The notes under the pieces are model-generated. The model had not been told where the DNA came from. It saw only the letters and a program-made list of their open reading frames with translations, and did not search any database. DNA of 64,000 bases from Planctomycetota bacterium (GTDB lineage: Bacteria; Planctomycetota; UBA8742; UBA2392), in contig JACKID010000001.1 in assembly GCA_020638675.1 (NCBI GenBank), forward strand, positions 2,243,261 through 2,307,260, in the 5' to 3' direction. Shown here in pieces: positions 8,305-18,133 of the stretch; within the stretch, counting starts at the first letter, position 1, and the number at the start of each line of letters is the position of its first letter. Both the position numbers and the translations under genes were made by a program.

Positions 8305-8585
8305 ACCTTGGGGCGGCGCCAATTCAACCGAACCGGCCGGGATGGCTATCCGTTTCAGTTGTTGAGGAAATCCGAACACGCTTCAGCAGGCTTCAGCAGG
8401 CATCGGCGGCACGGCATTTGATGCATGCGGGTTGTGGGCCGAATTCGGCCCCGGAAGCGCCCGTTTGCTACGGTGCGGACACCTTCCGGGGGCCGTCATG
8501 TTACCTGTTGGTAGCATTGCGGCTTCCGTGCAGTGGACTAGACTGCTTGGGTACCCCCGCCCGGGAGCTGAAACGAGGAGGCAAC

Positions 8586-10274
8586 ATGCAGCGCCCGAAT
8601 CATTTCCGCTGGACACTGATGCTGTTTGCAATTGCGGCCGCGTTCCTGGCCTTAAGCGTCGCGCCCGCCACGGTGCGCGCGGATGACGACTTCAAGTCGC
8701 TCAAGAAAGAGTATGAGCAGGCCAAGGCAGACGGCTCCCGCACTACCATGGGCCGCCTCGTCGACAAGATGGCCCGAACCAACGAAAAGGATGCGGCCAA
8801 GTACCTGCTGAAAGAGCTGTCCGAAGACCAGGCCGCCCACAAGCGCGGCAAGGCGGGGCTGCCCGGCGACATCCGCGACAAGATCGTCAACGCGCTCTCC
8901 AGCTTTACCGATGAAGACAGCGTGGGGCTGATCGGCAAGGCCGCGCTGGATCTCAAGAGCGACAAGGACCCGACGCTGGCGCTCGACCAGTTCGACTTCT
9001 TCAAGTCGCTGGCCCGCATGACCGGCGTGGCGCCCGCTGACAAGACCATTCGCGAAGCCCTGTCCGAGACCAAGAACCCGTTCATCAAGTGCGCCGCGCT
9101 TGAGGCCGTGCGCCAGGCCGGCGCCAAGCGCTTCGCGCCCGACGTCATCGCGATCCTGATGGAAGAGAACGAGGAGTGGATCAAGAAGTGGCTGATCGTC
9201 CCGATCAACACGCTGGCCTGCCTCGAAGACATCGTGGATCCCGCGGACAAGGAGACGGTCATCAAGGTCGTGGACGCGGTCGTCGCGTTCCAGGAACGCA
9301 CCACCTGCGCCGATGAACGCGTACGCTTCTTCGGCGGCAAGATGCTCCGCAAACTCACCGGCGAAATCGCCGACATGGAAAGCACCTATTACTGGAAGTG
9401 GTGGTCCGCGCAGATGAAGGCCGTCGGCGCCGTCGACAAGTCCAGCAAGCCCGAGGGCAAGCGCAGCAAGACCGCGGCCGTGCCGCCGGTGTTCGACGCG
9501 CAGCCCGTGGGCCGGCGCTTCGTGTTCGTGATCGACGTCAGCAAGAGCATGGAGATGCCGCTCAAGATCACGCTTGAAGAGATCGAGAAGCGCAAGAAGG
9601 AACGGGACGGCCCGGTCACCAAGGGCCCCAAGAAGGAAGAAGGCGGCGAAGATCAGGACCCGGCCGACAAGGATGCGGACAACCCGCTGCGCCAACTGCC
9701 GTGGAAGGACATCAGCACCAAGATCGAGCTTGCGCGTGAAGAGCTCTCGCGCGCCATCAAGACCTTCGTAGGTGACCGCCAGTTCGCAATCGTCACCTAC
9801 TCGACAGAAGTCGAAGTCATCACCGGCGGCTGGGTCCAGGCGACGCCCGACAACTGCGAGAAATGGTCCAAGGAAGTGAAGACACTTGAGCCCGTGTCGC
9901 TCACCAACATCCACGGCGGACTGATGCAGGCCCTGCGCATCTCCGACAAGGGGCTCGACGCCGAGGCGCCGTCCGTTGACCGCGACTGCGTGCTGACGGG
10001 CGCCGACAGCATCATCTTCCTGACCGACGGATGGGCAAGCTGGGACGACCAGAGCCAGACCAAGGTCAAGGACAAGCGCAACGGCCAGGACGCAAGCGTC
10101 GGCGACGGCCCCTTCATCTACGGCGAGGACATCTGGCCTGACATCCTGCGCCAGAACCTTTTCCGCAAGGTCATCATCAGCACAGTCGGCATCGGCATGC
10201 ACGACAAGGAACTGCTGAAGGCGCTGGCAGACAAAACCGGCGGCACCTACGTGGACTGGGGCTTCCCCGAGTAG
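8586..10274 (+). CDS. Secreted HEAT-like repeat / von Willebrand factor A domain protein (paralog 1)
   Basis: AGGAGG SD 6 nt before the ATG and a signal-peptide-like N-terminus (MQRPNHFRWTLMLFAIAAAFLALSVAPATVRA). MIDAS motif FVFVIDVSKSM, a downstream TNIHGGL threonine and an FLTDGWA aspartate. Its C-terminal ISTVGIGMHDKELLKALADKTGGTY is shared with the three paralogs. Confidence 0.8.
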   Translation: MQRPNHFRWTLMLFAIAAAFLALSVAPATVRADDDFKSLKKEYEQAKADGSRTTMGRLVDKMARTNEKDAAKYLLKELSEDQAAHKRGKAGLPGDIRDKIVNALSSFTDEDSVGLIGKAALDLKSDKDPTLALDQFDFFKSLARMTGVAPADKTIREALSETKNPFIKCAALEAVRQAGAKRFAPDVIAILMEENEEWIKKWLIVPINTLACLEDIVDPADKETVIKVVDAVVAFQERTTCADERVRFFGGKMLRKLTGEIADMESTYYWKWWSAQMKAVGAVDKSSKPEGKRSKTAAVPPVFDAQPVGRRFVFVIDVSKSMEMPLKITLEEIEKRKKERDGPVTKGPKKEEGGEDQDPADKDADNPLRQLPWKDISTKIELAREELSRAIKTFVGDRQFAIVTYSTEVEVITGGWVQATPDNCEKWSKEVKTLEPVSLTNIHGGLMQALRISDKGLDAEAPSVDRDCVLTGADSIIFLTDGWASWDDQSQTKVKDKRNGQDASVGDGPFIYGEDIWPDILRQNLFRKVIISTVGIGMHDKELLKALADKTGGTYVDWGFPE

Positions 10275-10341
10275 TCGCGCAACGGGCTGGGATTCGGGGC
10301 GGAGTCGTCGGTCGAAGTCACGGCCGCTAGAAGGAAATCGA

Positions 10342-11736
10342 ATGCACAGGCAACTGGTTCTGGCACTGGCTGCGGTCGCGCTGCTGTTTGCGCCGCTGGC
10401 CGTAACCCACGTGGATGCCCGCAAAGTCGGCCCGGTGCTGGTCAAGGACGACCCCAGCGAGGCGTTCGAGACCTTCAACAGCATGCTTCCGCTGGTCGTG
10501 AACGGCGACGACGCGGGCAATGCCGCGGTGCGCGAGGCGCTAGACGACAAGTCGCCGTGGATCGTGATCGGCGCCGTGGAAGCCGTCCGCCAGGGCGAAG
10601 TCAGCAAGAGCGGCAAGGGCAAGGTCTACCTGCCCGAAGTGCTCGCGCTGATGGATGAAAAGCACAAGAAGCTGCACAAGGAAGAGATCGTCACCGTCAA
10701 CGTGATCGCGTGCCTCGGTGCGCTCGCCGTGGTGGATACACCGCAGGCGCTGCAGGTCGTGCAGGCGATCGTCGACTGGCAGAAGTGGTCTGAAAACGAA
10801 GTCGTGCGCCTGCGCCACATGGCTGAAAAGGTGCTGTTCGACCTCACCGGCGACGACTGCACGCTCAAGGCGGAAACCGTAGGCTTCTGGGAGTGGTGGA
10901 TTCGCAACAAGGCCAACGCCCAGCCGGACAAGGCGCCCGAGAAAAAGAGCAAGACCGCACCGATCCTCTTCAAGGAGCCCGCGGTCGGCACCCGCATCTG
11001 CTTCGTGATCGATGTGTCCGACAGCATGAAGTGGCCGATCAACGAAGAGGATCTGCCCAAGATCAAGAAGCTCACGCCGCACCTGGACTGGGCCAAGATG
11101 CCCGAGCCCTGCAGTGCGATGGACCTCGCCAAGGCCGAGCTGATGCACTCCATCGACGCGCTGAAGCCCGGCGCGGAGAACGCCGACGAAAAGGACGGCA
11201 AGAGCACCAAGTGGAGCAAGAACGACCCGGAGCGCCGCTATTTCTCGATCATCACGTACTCGCAGGAGGTCGTGAACTTCAGCGGCGGCTGGATCGAGGC
11301 CAGCGAGAAGAACTGCAACATCTGGAAGGCCAAGGTCGAAGAACTCGAGCCCGACTCCTACACGAACATCCACGGCGCGATCCTCATGGCCATGGGGCTG
11401 CACGACAAGGGCGTCAAGACCGACAACCTTGAGCTCGACAAGGAGTGCGTGCTTACCGGCGCGCACACCATCGTGTTCCTCACCGACGGCTACGCGACCT
11501 GGAGCAACGACTCCACGGACCGCACGGCGCAGGACCAGTTCGGCAATCCCGTCGGCAACGGCGAGTACATCAGCCGCGAGAAACTGGTCGAGCTGGCTGT
11601 GCGCCTCAACCGCTTCCGCAAGGTGGTAATCAACACAGTCGGCATCGGCAATCACGACAAAGAGCTGATGCGCGACCTGGCCAAACAGACAGGCGGCAGC
11701 TACCAGAACTGGTACTGCCGCATCGTGTACAAGTAA
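10342..11736 (+). CDS. Secreted HEAT-like repeat / vWA domain protein (paralog 2)
   Basis: Signal peptide [42 protein letters not shown], then TNIHGAI, VFLTDGYATW and [26 protein letters not shown]. Confidence 0.8.
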   Translation: MHRQLVLALAAVALLFAPLAVTHVDARKVGPVLVKDDPSEAFETFNSMLPLVVNGDDAGNAAVREALDDKSPWIVIGAVEAVRQGEVSKSGKGKVYLPEVLALMDEKHKKLHKEEIVTVNVIACLGALAVVDTPQALQVVQAIVDWQKWSENEVVRLRHMAEKVLFDLTGDDCTLKAETVGFWEWWIRNKANAQPDKAPEKKSKTAPILFKEPAVGTRICFVIDVSDSMKWPINEEDLPKIKKLTPHLDWAKMPEPCSAMDLAKAELMHSIDALKPGAENADEKDGKSTKWSKNDPERRYFSIITYSQEVVNFSGGWIEASEKNCNIWKAKVEELEPDSYTNIHGAILMAMGLHDKGVKTDNLELDKECVLTGAHTIVFLTDGYATWSNDSTDRTAQDQFGNPVGNGEYISREKLVELAVRLNRFRKVVINTVGIGNHDKELMRDLAKQTGGSYQNWYCRIVYK

Positions 11737-11811
11737 CCCCGCAGCGCGCCGCCCCCTCGGCGCAAGCCCGCCACAGGCTCTGGGAGGAGGCTGGACGGGA
11801 CTGAGGAATCC

Positions 11812-13362
11812 ATGCAGATCCGCATCGCTCTGATCGCGGCGCTGGCGCTAATGCTGACGCCCGCCCTCCTCGTGCACGCGGGCAACAAGGACGTCGACAA
11901 CGCCCGCGGGGCATACCAGCAGGCACAGGATGAAGTCGCCCGCAAGGCAGCCCTCAACGCGCTGGTAGCGACACAGCACGAAGAGGCCGTGGATTTCATC
12001 GTCGGGCGTATCGCGCGCGAAAACGATGAGGTGAAACACGCAGAGTTCATGGACGCGCTCGCCGGCTTCAGCGCCGACAAGCCGCTCAAGGCGCTTCTCA
12101 AGGCGGCCGAGGAAGTCAAAAGCGAAGAGGACCACCAGCTCGCTCATCACCAGTGCGACCTGTTCACGGCGCTTGCGCGCAATCGCAAGTCCGACCTGCC
12201 CGAGAAGTCCCTTCGCAAGATGCTCGACGACCAGCGCATGAAGCCCTGGGCGACCCTGGCACTGGTGGAGGCCATTCGCGCGGCCGACGTGGCGGATGCC
12301 GGCACCGGTCGTCGCTTCATCGCTGAAGTACGCGCCCTGCTCGACAAGAAGCAGGCCAGGCGGCTGGCGTTCGAAATCGTGACCGTGAACGTGCTTGCCT
12401 GCCTGAAACAGTTGACGCCCAAGGACTCGCCCGCCGAGCGCAACGCCACGGTAAAGGCGGTGGTCGAATGGCAGGCCTGGAGCCACAACACGCAACCCCG
12501 CCTACAGGATATGGCGGACCGGGTGCTTCATCACCTGACCGGCGAAACCTGCACCCTCAATGATGAGACGCTTAAGTTCTGGCGCTGGTGGCTGGCAAAC
12601 AGCCCGGACCAGCCCGACAAGCCAAAGCAACAGGCGCGGGGCACGGCGACACTGTTTGACCAGCCGGCGCTCGGCGACCACATCGTCTTCGTGATCGACG
12701 TGTCCGACAGCATGAAGTACGACGTCACCGACGAAGGACGCGCCGCGATCCGAAAGAAGTCCGAGCACCTGGATTGGGACAAGATCAAGAGCAAGCTCGA
12801 CCTCGCCCGGCAGGAGCTGATCTACTCGATCAACCAGCTCAACCCCGGCAGCGACGCGCCGGACGCCCGACGCCCCCGGTTCGCCATCATCGCGTACTCA
12901 GACCGCATCTACGGCTGCACGAACGGCTGGCTGGTGGCCGACGACGCGGGCTGCAAAGAAGGCGTCGAAGCGGCCGAGAAGTTGGAGATCAAGTTCACCA
13001 CCAACATCCACGACGGGCTTGCGCGCGCCTTTGCGATTCACGATGGCGGCAACAAGGCGGACCACCCGGACACTACCGAGGAGTGTGTGCTGACGGGCGC
13101 GCACACGATCGTGTTCTTGACCGACGGCTTCGCGACGGCCAACGAGGACAAGAAGCTGCTGGAACCGGAGAACATCCGCGCCTCGATCCGTCGCCTGAAT
13201 CGCTTCCGCAAGGTGGTCATCAACACCGTCGGCATCGGCAATCACGACGACAAGCTGATGCCAGACCTGTCTGATGACTCCGGCGGCAAATACACAGACT
13301 GGACATTCAAAGAGAACGTCGAAGAGAAGAAGGGCAACTTCGGATTGGTCCCACGGCGCTAA
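11812..13362 (+). CDS. Secreted HEAT-like repeat / vWA domain protein (paralog 3)
   Basis: Signal peptide [39 protein letters not shown], then [17 protein letters not shown] and [26 protein letters not shown]. Confidence 0.8.
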   Translation: MQIRIALIAALALMLTPALLVHAGNKDVDNARGAYQQAQDEVARKAALNALVATQHEEAVDFIVGRIARENDEVKHAEFMDALAGFSADKPLKALLKAAEEVKSEEDHQLAHHQCDLFTALARNRKSDLPEKSLRKMLDDQRMKPWATLALVEAIRAADVADAGTGRRFIAEVRALLDKKQARRLAFEIVTVNVLACLKQLTPKDSPAERNATVKAVVEWQAWSHNTQPRLQDMADRVLHHLTGETCTLNDETLKFWRWWLANSPDQPDKPKQQARGTATLFDQPALGDHIVFVIDVSDSMKYDVTDEGRAAIRKKSEHLDWDKIKSKLDLARQELIYSINQLNPGSDAPDARRPRFAIIAYSDRIYGCTNGWLVADDAGCKEGVEAAEKLEIKFTTNIHDGLARAFAIHDGGNKADHPDTTEECVLTGAHTIVFLTDGFATANEDKKLLEPENIRASIRRLNRFRKVVINTVGIGNHDDKLMPDLSDDSGGKYTDWTFKENVEEKKGNFGLVPRR

Positions 13363-13414
13363 CCGACGGCTATTTGAAGTTGCGCACCCCTCCTCGGCGG
13401 GCTATCCCTCTGCC

Positions 13415-14101
13415 ATGGATGGCAAACCTGCAATCGTGCTGGTCAGCGGCGGGCTCGACAGCGCCACAGTGCTGGCAATGGCCAAGGCCGACGGCTACCT
13501 CCCCCACGCCCTGACCTTCGACTACGGCCAGCGCCACGACATCGAGTTGCAGGCCGCCAACGCCGTTTGTGCTTCCCTTGGCGTCGCCCCGCCGAAGGTC
13601 ATCAGGCTGGACCTGCGCGCCATCGGCGGCAGCGCGCTGACGGCCGACATCGAGGTCCCGAAGGACCGCCCCGAAGGCGCGCCGGGCATTCCCGTCACCT
13701 ACGTGCCCGCCCGCAACACCCTGTTCCTGAGCTATGCATTGGCCTTTGCGGAGGCCTCGGGCGCGCATGACATCTTCGTCGGCGTCAACGCCGTGGACTA
13801 CTCGGGCTATCCGGACTGCCGCCCGGAATTCATCCAGGCGTTCGAAAAGCTGGCCAATCTCGCCACACGGGAGGGGGTAGAGGGCCGCCTCATCCAGATC
13901 CACGCCCCGCTGATCCATCTGACCAAGGCCGAGATCATCCGCGAAGGCACAAGACTGGGCGTGGACTACGCCCTGACCCACTCGTGCTACGACCCCGTGG
14001 GCGACCTCGCGTGCGGGCGCTGTGACTCCTGCACCCTGCGCCGCAAGGGCTTTGCCGAGGCAGGCATAAACGATCCGACTCGATACGCCGATTCGGCTTG
14101 A
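13415..14101 (+). CDS. queC: 7-cyano-7-deazaguanine synthase
   Basis: PP-loop VLVSGGLDS and a C-terminal Cys cluster [16 protein letters not shown], as in QueC. The ATG at 13415 lies inside a longer ORF. Confidence 0.9.
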   Translation: MDGKPAIVLVSGGLDSATVLAMAKADGYLPHALTFDYGQRHDIELQAANAVCASLGVAPPKVIRLDLRAIGGSALTADIEVPKDRPEGAPGIPVTYVPARNTLFLSYALAFAEASGAHDIFVGVNAVDYSGYPDCRPEFIQAFEKLANLATREGVEGRLIQIHAPLIHLTKAEIIREGTRLGVDYALTHSCYDPVGDLACGRCDSCTLRRKGFAEAGINDPTRYADSA

Positions 14102-14159
14102 TTCCATCCGGGCCGTTACTACCTTGCCGTCCGTTAGAAGGCTCTGAGGAAACTGGTCT

Positions 14160-14777
14160 ATGCCGAACCAGCCGATTTCGATCAATCTCGACCGCATGGT
14201 GGATGCCATGCTCGACACCCGCACGCCCCACTACTGGGACCCCAAGCGATCGAAGATCGTGCGCGGCAGCAGCGAACTTGACGACGACCGCACCCGCCGC
14301 GTGCTGATCGACACGATCGGCAAGCGCAAGTTCAAGCAGCTCACGGACGGCTTCGCCAAGACCATCGATCCCAAGGATGGCAAGCTGGTGCAGGAGGCCG
14401 TCAAGGGCAGCTTCGACAAGTTCAACCGTCTGCTGCAGAAGCGCCTTGACCTGAAACAGGCCTGGATCGCTTACGCCGGCGTGGAACTCATGGACGCGGC
14501 CGTGGACTGGCTCTCGATGCAGGGCGTCGAGGAATTCATCGCGACCGGCGAAATCGCCAAGTTCGCGATCGAAGAAGCCGAGGCCGAAGAAGAGGCCGAA
14601 GACGAAGACCTCGACGAGGATGACGACGAGGAAGAAGAAGCCGAAGAAGAAGAGGAAGAAGAGGTCGAGGAGGAAGAAGAAGAGGAAGAGGAAGAAGAGG
14701 ACGAAGACGAAGAAGAAGAGGACGAAGACGAGGAAGAGGACGAAGATTCCCTCGATGAAGACGAAGACGACGAATAG
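14160..14777 (+). CDS. Hypothetical protein with an ~80-residue poly-Glu/Asp C-terminal tail
   Basis: GAGGAAAC SD. The N-terminal ~125 aa form a globular-looking region, and from ~14575 the DNA is a GAA/GAG/GAC microsatellite-like run encoding EEAEAEEEAEDEDLDEDDDEEEE... Confidence 0.6.
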   Translation: MPNQPISINLDRMVDAMLDTRTPHYWDPKRSKIVRGSSELDDDRTRRVLIDTIGKRKFKQLTDGFAKTIDPKDGKLVQEAVKGSFDKFNRLLQKRLDLKQAWIAYAGVELMDAAVDWLSMQGVEEFIATGEIAKFAIEEAEAEEEAEDEDLDEDDDEEEEAEEEEEEEVEEEEEEEEEEEDEDEEEEDEDEEEDEDSLDEDEDDE

Positions 14778-14853
14778 TCGGCAACGCTGATTCGTTACCA
14801 CCAAGCCCGGGTTGATCCCGGGCTTTGTTCACTCTCAAGCGTATACTCACGAG

Positions 14854-17800
14854 ATGGCGAGCGCCCGAGAACAACTGATCGAGGCTGCAGGCAAGCTCAT
14901 GGCCGGCAAGCAGGCCGTGGGCGGGCTTTCGGGCTGCGCGGTCAGCCTCGGCGTGGCGGCGCTTGCGGGCAAAGGCCTGCTGCTGTGCGTGACGCCCGGA
15001 CCGGAGACGGCGGAGGATGTCGCGCTCGACCTGGAAGCGCTGATGCCGGGGCTGACCTGCCTGACCGCCCCGGTGATGGACGACAACAACCCGGACAAGC
15101 AGGCCGCGTGGATCAGCCTGCTGTCGCAGGTGGCACACGCCGGCGGCCCGACCGTCCTGCTGACGCCCGCCGCCGCGCTGATTGAAGGGCTGCCCGCACC
15201 CGACGAAATCCGGACCGCCAACCTGAGCCTGCGGCCCGCGAACAAGCTGAAGCTCGACCCGCTGTTCAGCCAGCTCGTGGAAGCCGGCATGCAGCGCGTC
15301 GAGCAGGTGGACAGCCCGGGACAGTTCGCCCGCCGCGGCGGCATCGTCGATATCTTCCCGCCAACGCTGGCCAACCCGGTGCGCATTGAGTTGTTCGGCG
15401 ACGAGATCGAGAGCGTCCGCAGTTTTGACATCCAGACGCAGCGAAGCTTCGAAAGCCTCGACGCAGGCATCGCATTCCCGCTGGTGCCGGTCGAAGGCGG
15501 CAAGGACGCGATGCTGCTCGACTACTTGAAGTCCCCCACCGTGGTCGCCATTGAGCCCGAACGCGTCGCGGAAAGGCTCAAGACGCTCGCCAGCTTCACC
15601 GACGACCCCATACGCCACAAACGCGTTGAGGGCGCGCACAAGCTGCTCGCCACCGCGGGCGCGCTGACATCCGGGACGGCCGCGACCAACCTCGAGTGCG
15701 TCGCGCCGGTCAGCCTCGGTGATGGCTACGAAGGCGTCGCCAAGCTGTTGACCCCGCTGCTTGATTCCGGGCTGCGCGTGCTCGTGTTTGGCGGCACAGA
15801 AGCCGAGCTGCGCCCGGCGCGGGAAGGGCTCGAAGGCCAGGGGCTGAAGGAGTCCGCCAACCTGCAACTCCTGACCGGCGACGTCGAGGGCGGGCGCGTA
15901 CTGCCGGGGCTCGGCTTCGCGATCCTCAGTCTGCACGAGTTGCTTGGTCGTTCGCGTCGGCGCCTGCGCTTCGAGAGCTCCGACCGTCCGGACATGGGCG
16001 ATATGCTCGACGACTTCATTGAGCTTGAGCCCGGCGACTACGTCGTCCACCTGCAGCACGGCATCGCCCGCTTCAAGGGCATGGAAACACTCAACCGCGA
16101 GGGCCGCCCGGGCGAGTTCCTGAGCCTGGAGTTCGCCGACAACATCACGCTGCACGTGCCCGCGACCAACGCCGACGTCGTGCAGAAGTACATCGGGATG
16201 CGCGGCATGGTGCCGCAACTCAGCCGCCTCAACACGCAGGCGTGGTCCGAGCGCAAGCTGCGCGCCCAGCACAGCGTGCTGAAGCTCGCCAGCGACATGC
16301 TTGAGGTGCAGGCCATCCGCGCACACGAGGCCGGCCACCCCTGCCGCCCGGACGGCCCGGAAATGGCCGAGTACGAGGCGGCCTGCCCGTTCCGCGACAC
16401 CCCCGACCAGGCCAAGTCCAGTATCTCGATCAAACGCGACATGGAATCACGCAAACCGATGGACCGGCTGCTCTGCGGCGACGTGGGCTACGGCAAGACC
16501 GAGCTGGCGATGCGCGCGGCCTACAAGATGGTGCTGGAAGGCCGCCAGGTGGCGATCCTCGTGCCGACGACGGTGCTCGCACAGCAGCACTACCTGACCT
16601 TCAGCGAACGCTTGCGCAGCTTTCCGGTGATCGTCGATCTGCTGTCGCGCTTCCGCTCAGCGGGCGAGCAGCGCAAGACCATCGAGCAACTGGCCGAGGG
16701 CAAGGTCGACATCGTAATCGGCACCCACCGCCTGCTGAGCAATGACGTTCAGTTCAAGAATCTCGGGCTGGTCGTGATCGACGAGGAGCAACGCTTCGGC
16801 GTCGAGCACAAAGAGCGCCTGAAGCACATGCGCCGCACGGTGGACCTGCTGACGCTCAGCGCGACGCCGATTCCGCGCACGTTGCACCAGGCGCTGCTGG
16901 GGCTGCGCGACATCAGCAACCTCACCACGCCGCCGCAGGACCGCCTGTCAATCATCACGCGGCTGATGCACTGGAACGACAAGGAGCTGGCCGACGCTAT
17001 CCAGCACGAGCTTGCGCGCGACGGACAGGTGTTCTTCGTGCACAACCGCGTCTTTGACATCGACGTGATTGCCGAGCGCGTGCAGAAACTCTGCCCCGAC
17101 GCCCGCATCGCCGTCGGCCACGGGCAGATGCCGGAAAGCCAGCTTGAAGAGGTCATGCTGCGCTTCATGAACCGCGAGATCGACGTGCTGGTCTGCACCA
17201 CGATCATCGAAAGCGGCATCGACGTGCGCAGCGCCAACACCATCATCATCGACCAGGCGCAGAACTACGGGCTAAGCGACCTGCACCAGCTTCGCGGGCG
17301 CGTCGGGCGCTACCACAACCAGGCCTACTGCTACCTGCTGGTACCCGACGACGTGAGCCTGAGTGAAATCGCCGCCAAGCGCCTGAAAGCGATCCTGCAG
17401 TACTCGGCGCTGGGCAGCGGGTTCAAGATCGCCATGCGCGACCTTGAGCTGCGCGGCGCCGGCAACCTGTTAGGCCCGGAGCAGTCGGGCCACATCGCGA
17501 CCATCGGCTATGACCTGTACTGCCGCATGCTGGACCGCGCGGTGCGCAAGATGAAGCACCAGCCCGTGCCGCCCGAGGTGGACACCCAGCTTGATCTCGG
17601 CATCGACTTCCGCATCCCCCACAGCTACATCCCGTCGCAGAAGCAGCGCCTTGAGGTGTACCGCCGCCTCGCCCGCATCGGCGACGACCGCCAGTCCGAC
17701 GAAATCGGCGCCGAGATTCGCGACCGCTTCGGCAAGCCGCCGCGCGAGTTCGAGCAGCTCATGCAGGCCGCACTGGTGCGGTCACGCCTGGCGCGCCTCG

Positions 17801-18060
17801 GCATCACCAGCGTCAGTCGCGCCGAAGACCACATCAAGCTGCGCGCGCTGTCGGCTCCGCAAAGCCAGCGCAAACTCAGCCTCGCCAGCAAGTCGTTCCG
17901 CGTGCTGGATGAAACCACGCTCGCGCTGCCCCTGCGCAAGGGGCTGGAGCAGCCGCTGGACCAGCTTCGCTTCCTCGCCAACCTGCTAAGCGCGCTGGCA
18001 CGGCAGGGAGTGTTCGCCAACAAGCCGGATCCCGAGCCCGTCACGGCCGAGACCAGTTGA
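14854..18060 (+). CDS. mfd: Transcription-repair coupling factor
   Basis: Mfd helicase motifs (LLCGDVGYGKTELAMRAAYK, DEEQRFGV) and a TRCF C-terminal domain. ~1068 aa from the ATG at 14854. Confidence 0.9.
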   Translation: MASAREQLIEAAGKLMAGKQAVGGLSGCAVSLGVAALAGKGLLLCVTPGPETAEDVALDLEALMPGLTCLTAPVMDDNNPDKQAAWISLLSQVAHAGGPTVLLTPAAALIEGLPAPDEIRTANLSLRPANKLKLDPLFSQLVEAGMQRVEQVDSPGQFARRGGIVDIFPPTLANPVRIELFGDEIESVRSFDIQTQRSFESLDAGIAFPLVPVEGGKDAMLLDYLKSPTVVAIEPERVAERLKTLASFTDDPIRHKRVEGAHKLLATAGALTSGTAATNLECVAPVSLGDGYEGVAKLLTPLLDSGLRVLVFGGTEAELRPAREGLEGQGLKESANLQLLTGDVEGGRVLPGLGFAILSLHELLGRSRRRLRFESSDRPDMGDMLDDFIELEPGDYVVHLQHGIARFKGMETLNREGRPGEFLSLEFADNITLHVPATNADVVQKYIGMRGMVPQLSRLNTQAWSERKLRAQHSVLKLASDMLEVQAIRAHEAGHPCRPDGPEMAEYEAACPFRDTPDQAKSSISIKRDMESRKPMDRLLCGDVGYGKTELAMRAAYKMVLEGRQVAILVPTTVLAQQHYLTFSERLRSFPVIVDLLSRFRSAGEQRKTIEQLAEGKVDIVIGTHRLLSNDVQFKNLGLVVIDEEQRFGVEHKERLKHMRRTVDLLTLSATPIPRTLHQALLGLRDISNLTTPPQDRLSIITRLMHWNDKELADAIQHELARDGQVFFVHNRVFDIDVIAERVQKLCPDARIAVGHGQMPESQLEEVMLRFMNREIDVLVCTTIIESGIDVRSANTIIIDQAQNYGLSDLHQLRGRVGRYHNQAYCYLLVPDDVSLSEIAAKRLKAILQYSALGSGFKIAMRDLELRGAGNLLGPEQSGHIATIGYDLYCRMLDRAVRKMKHQPVPPEVDTQLDLGIDFRIPHSYIPSQKQRLEVYRRLARIGDDRQSDEIGAEIRDRFGKPPREFEQLMQAALVRSRLARLGITSVSRAEDHIKLRALSAPQSQRKLSLASKSFRVLDETTLALPLRKGLEQPLDQLRFLANLLSALARQGVFANKPDPEPVTAETS

Positions 18061-18133
18061 CCGGCTTCACGAATTCCCCCACACCCTTGCCCGCCAGCAC
18101 AATCCATCGCAAGCTGCCGGCCCCGGAGAAGAC

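Noticed and set aside
8652-10622. 656-aa minus-strand ORF antisense to vWA paralog 1
   Set aside because: Typical high-GC antisense frame (Ala/Arg/Gly/Leu-rich, no motifs). The plus-strand gene has an SD, a signal peptide and conserved MIDAS motifs.
10540-11655. 371-aa minus-strand ORF antisense to vWA paralog 2
   Set aside because: Same reasoning: antisense artefact of a GC-rich coding region.
14536-16338. 600-aa minus-strand ORF overlapping the poly-acidic gene tail and mfd
   Set aside because: It is antisense to mfd, whose helicase motifs are unambiguous. Its N-terminal region is simply the complement of the GAA/GAG repeat (a poly-Leu/Pro/Arg run).
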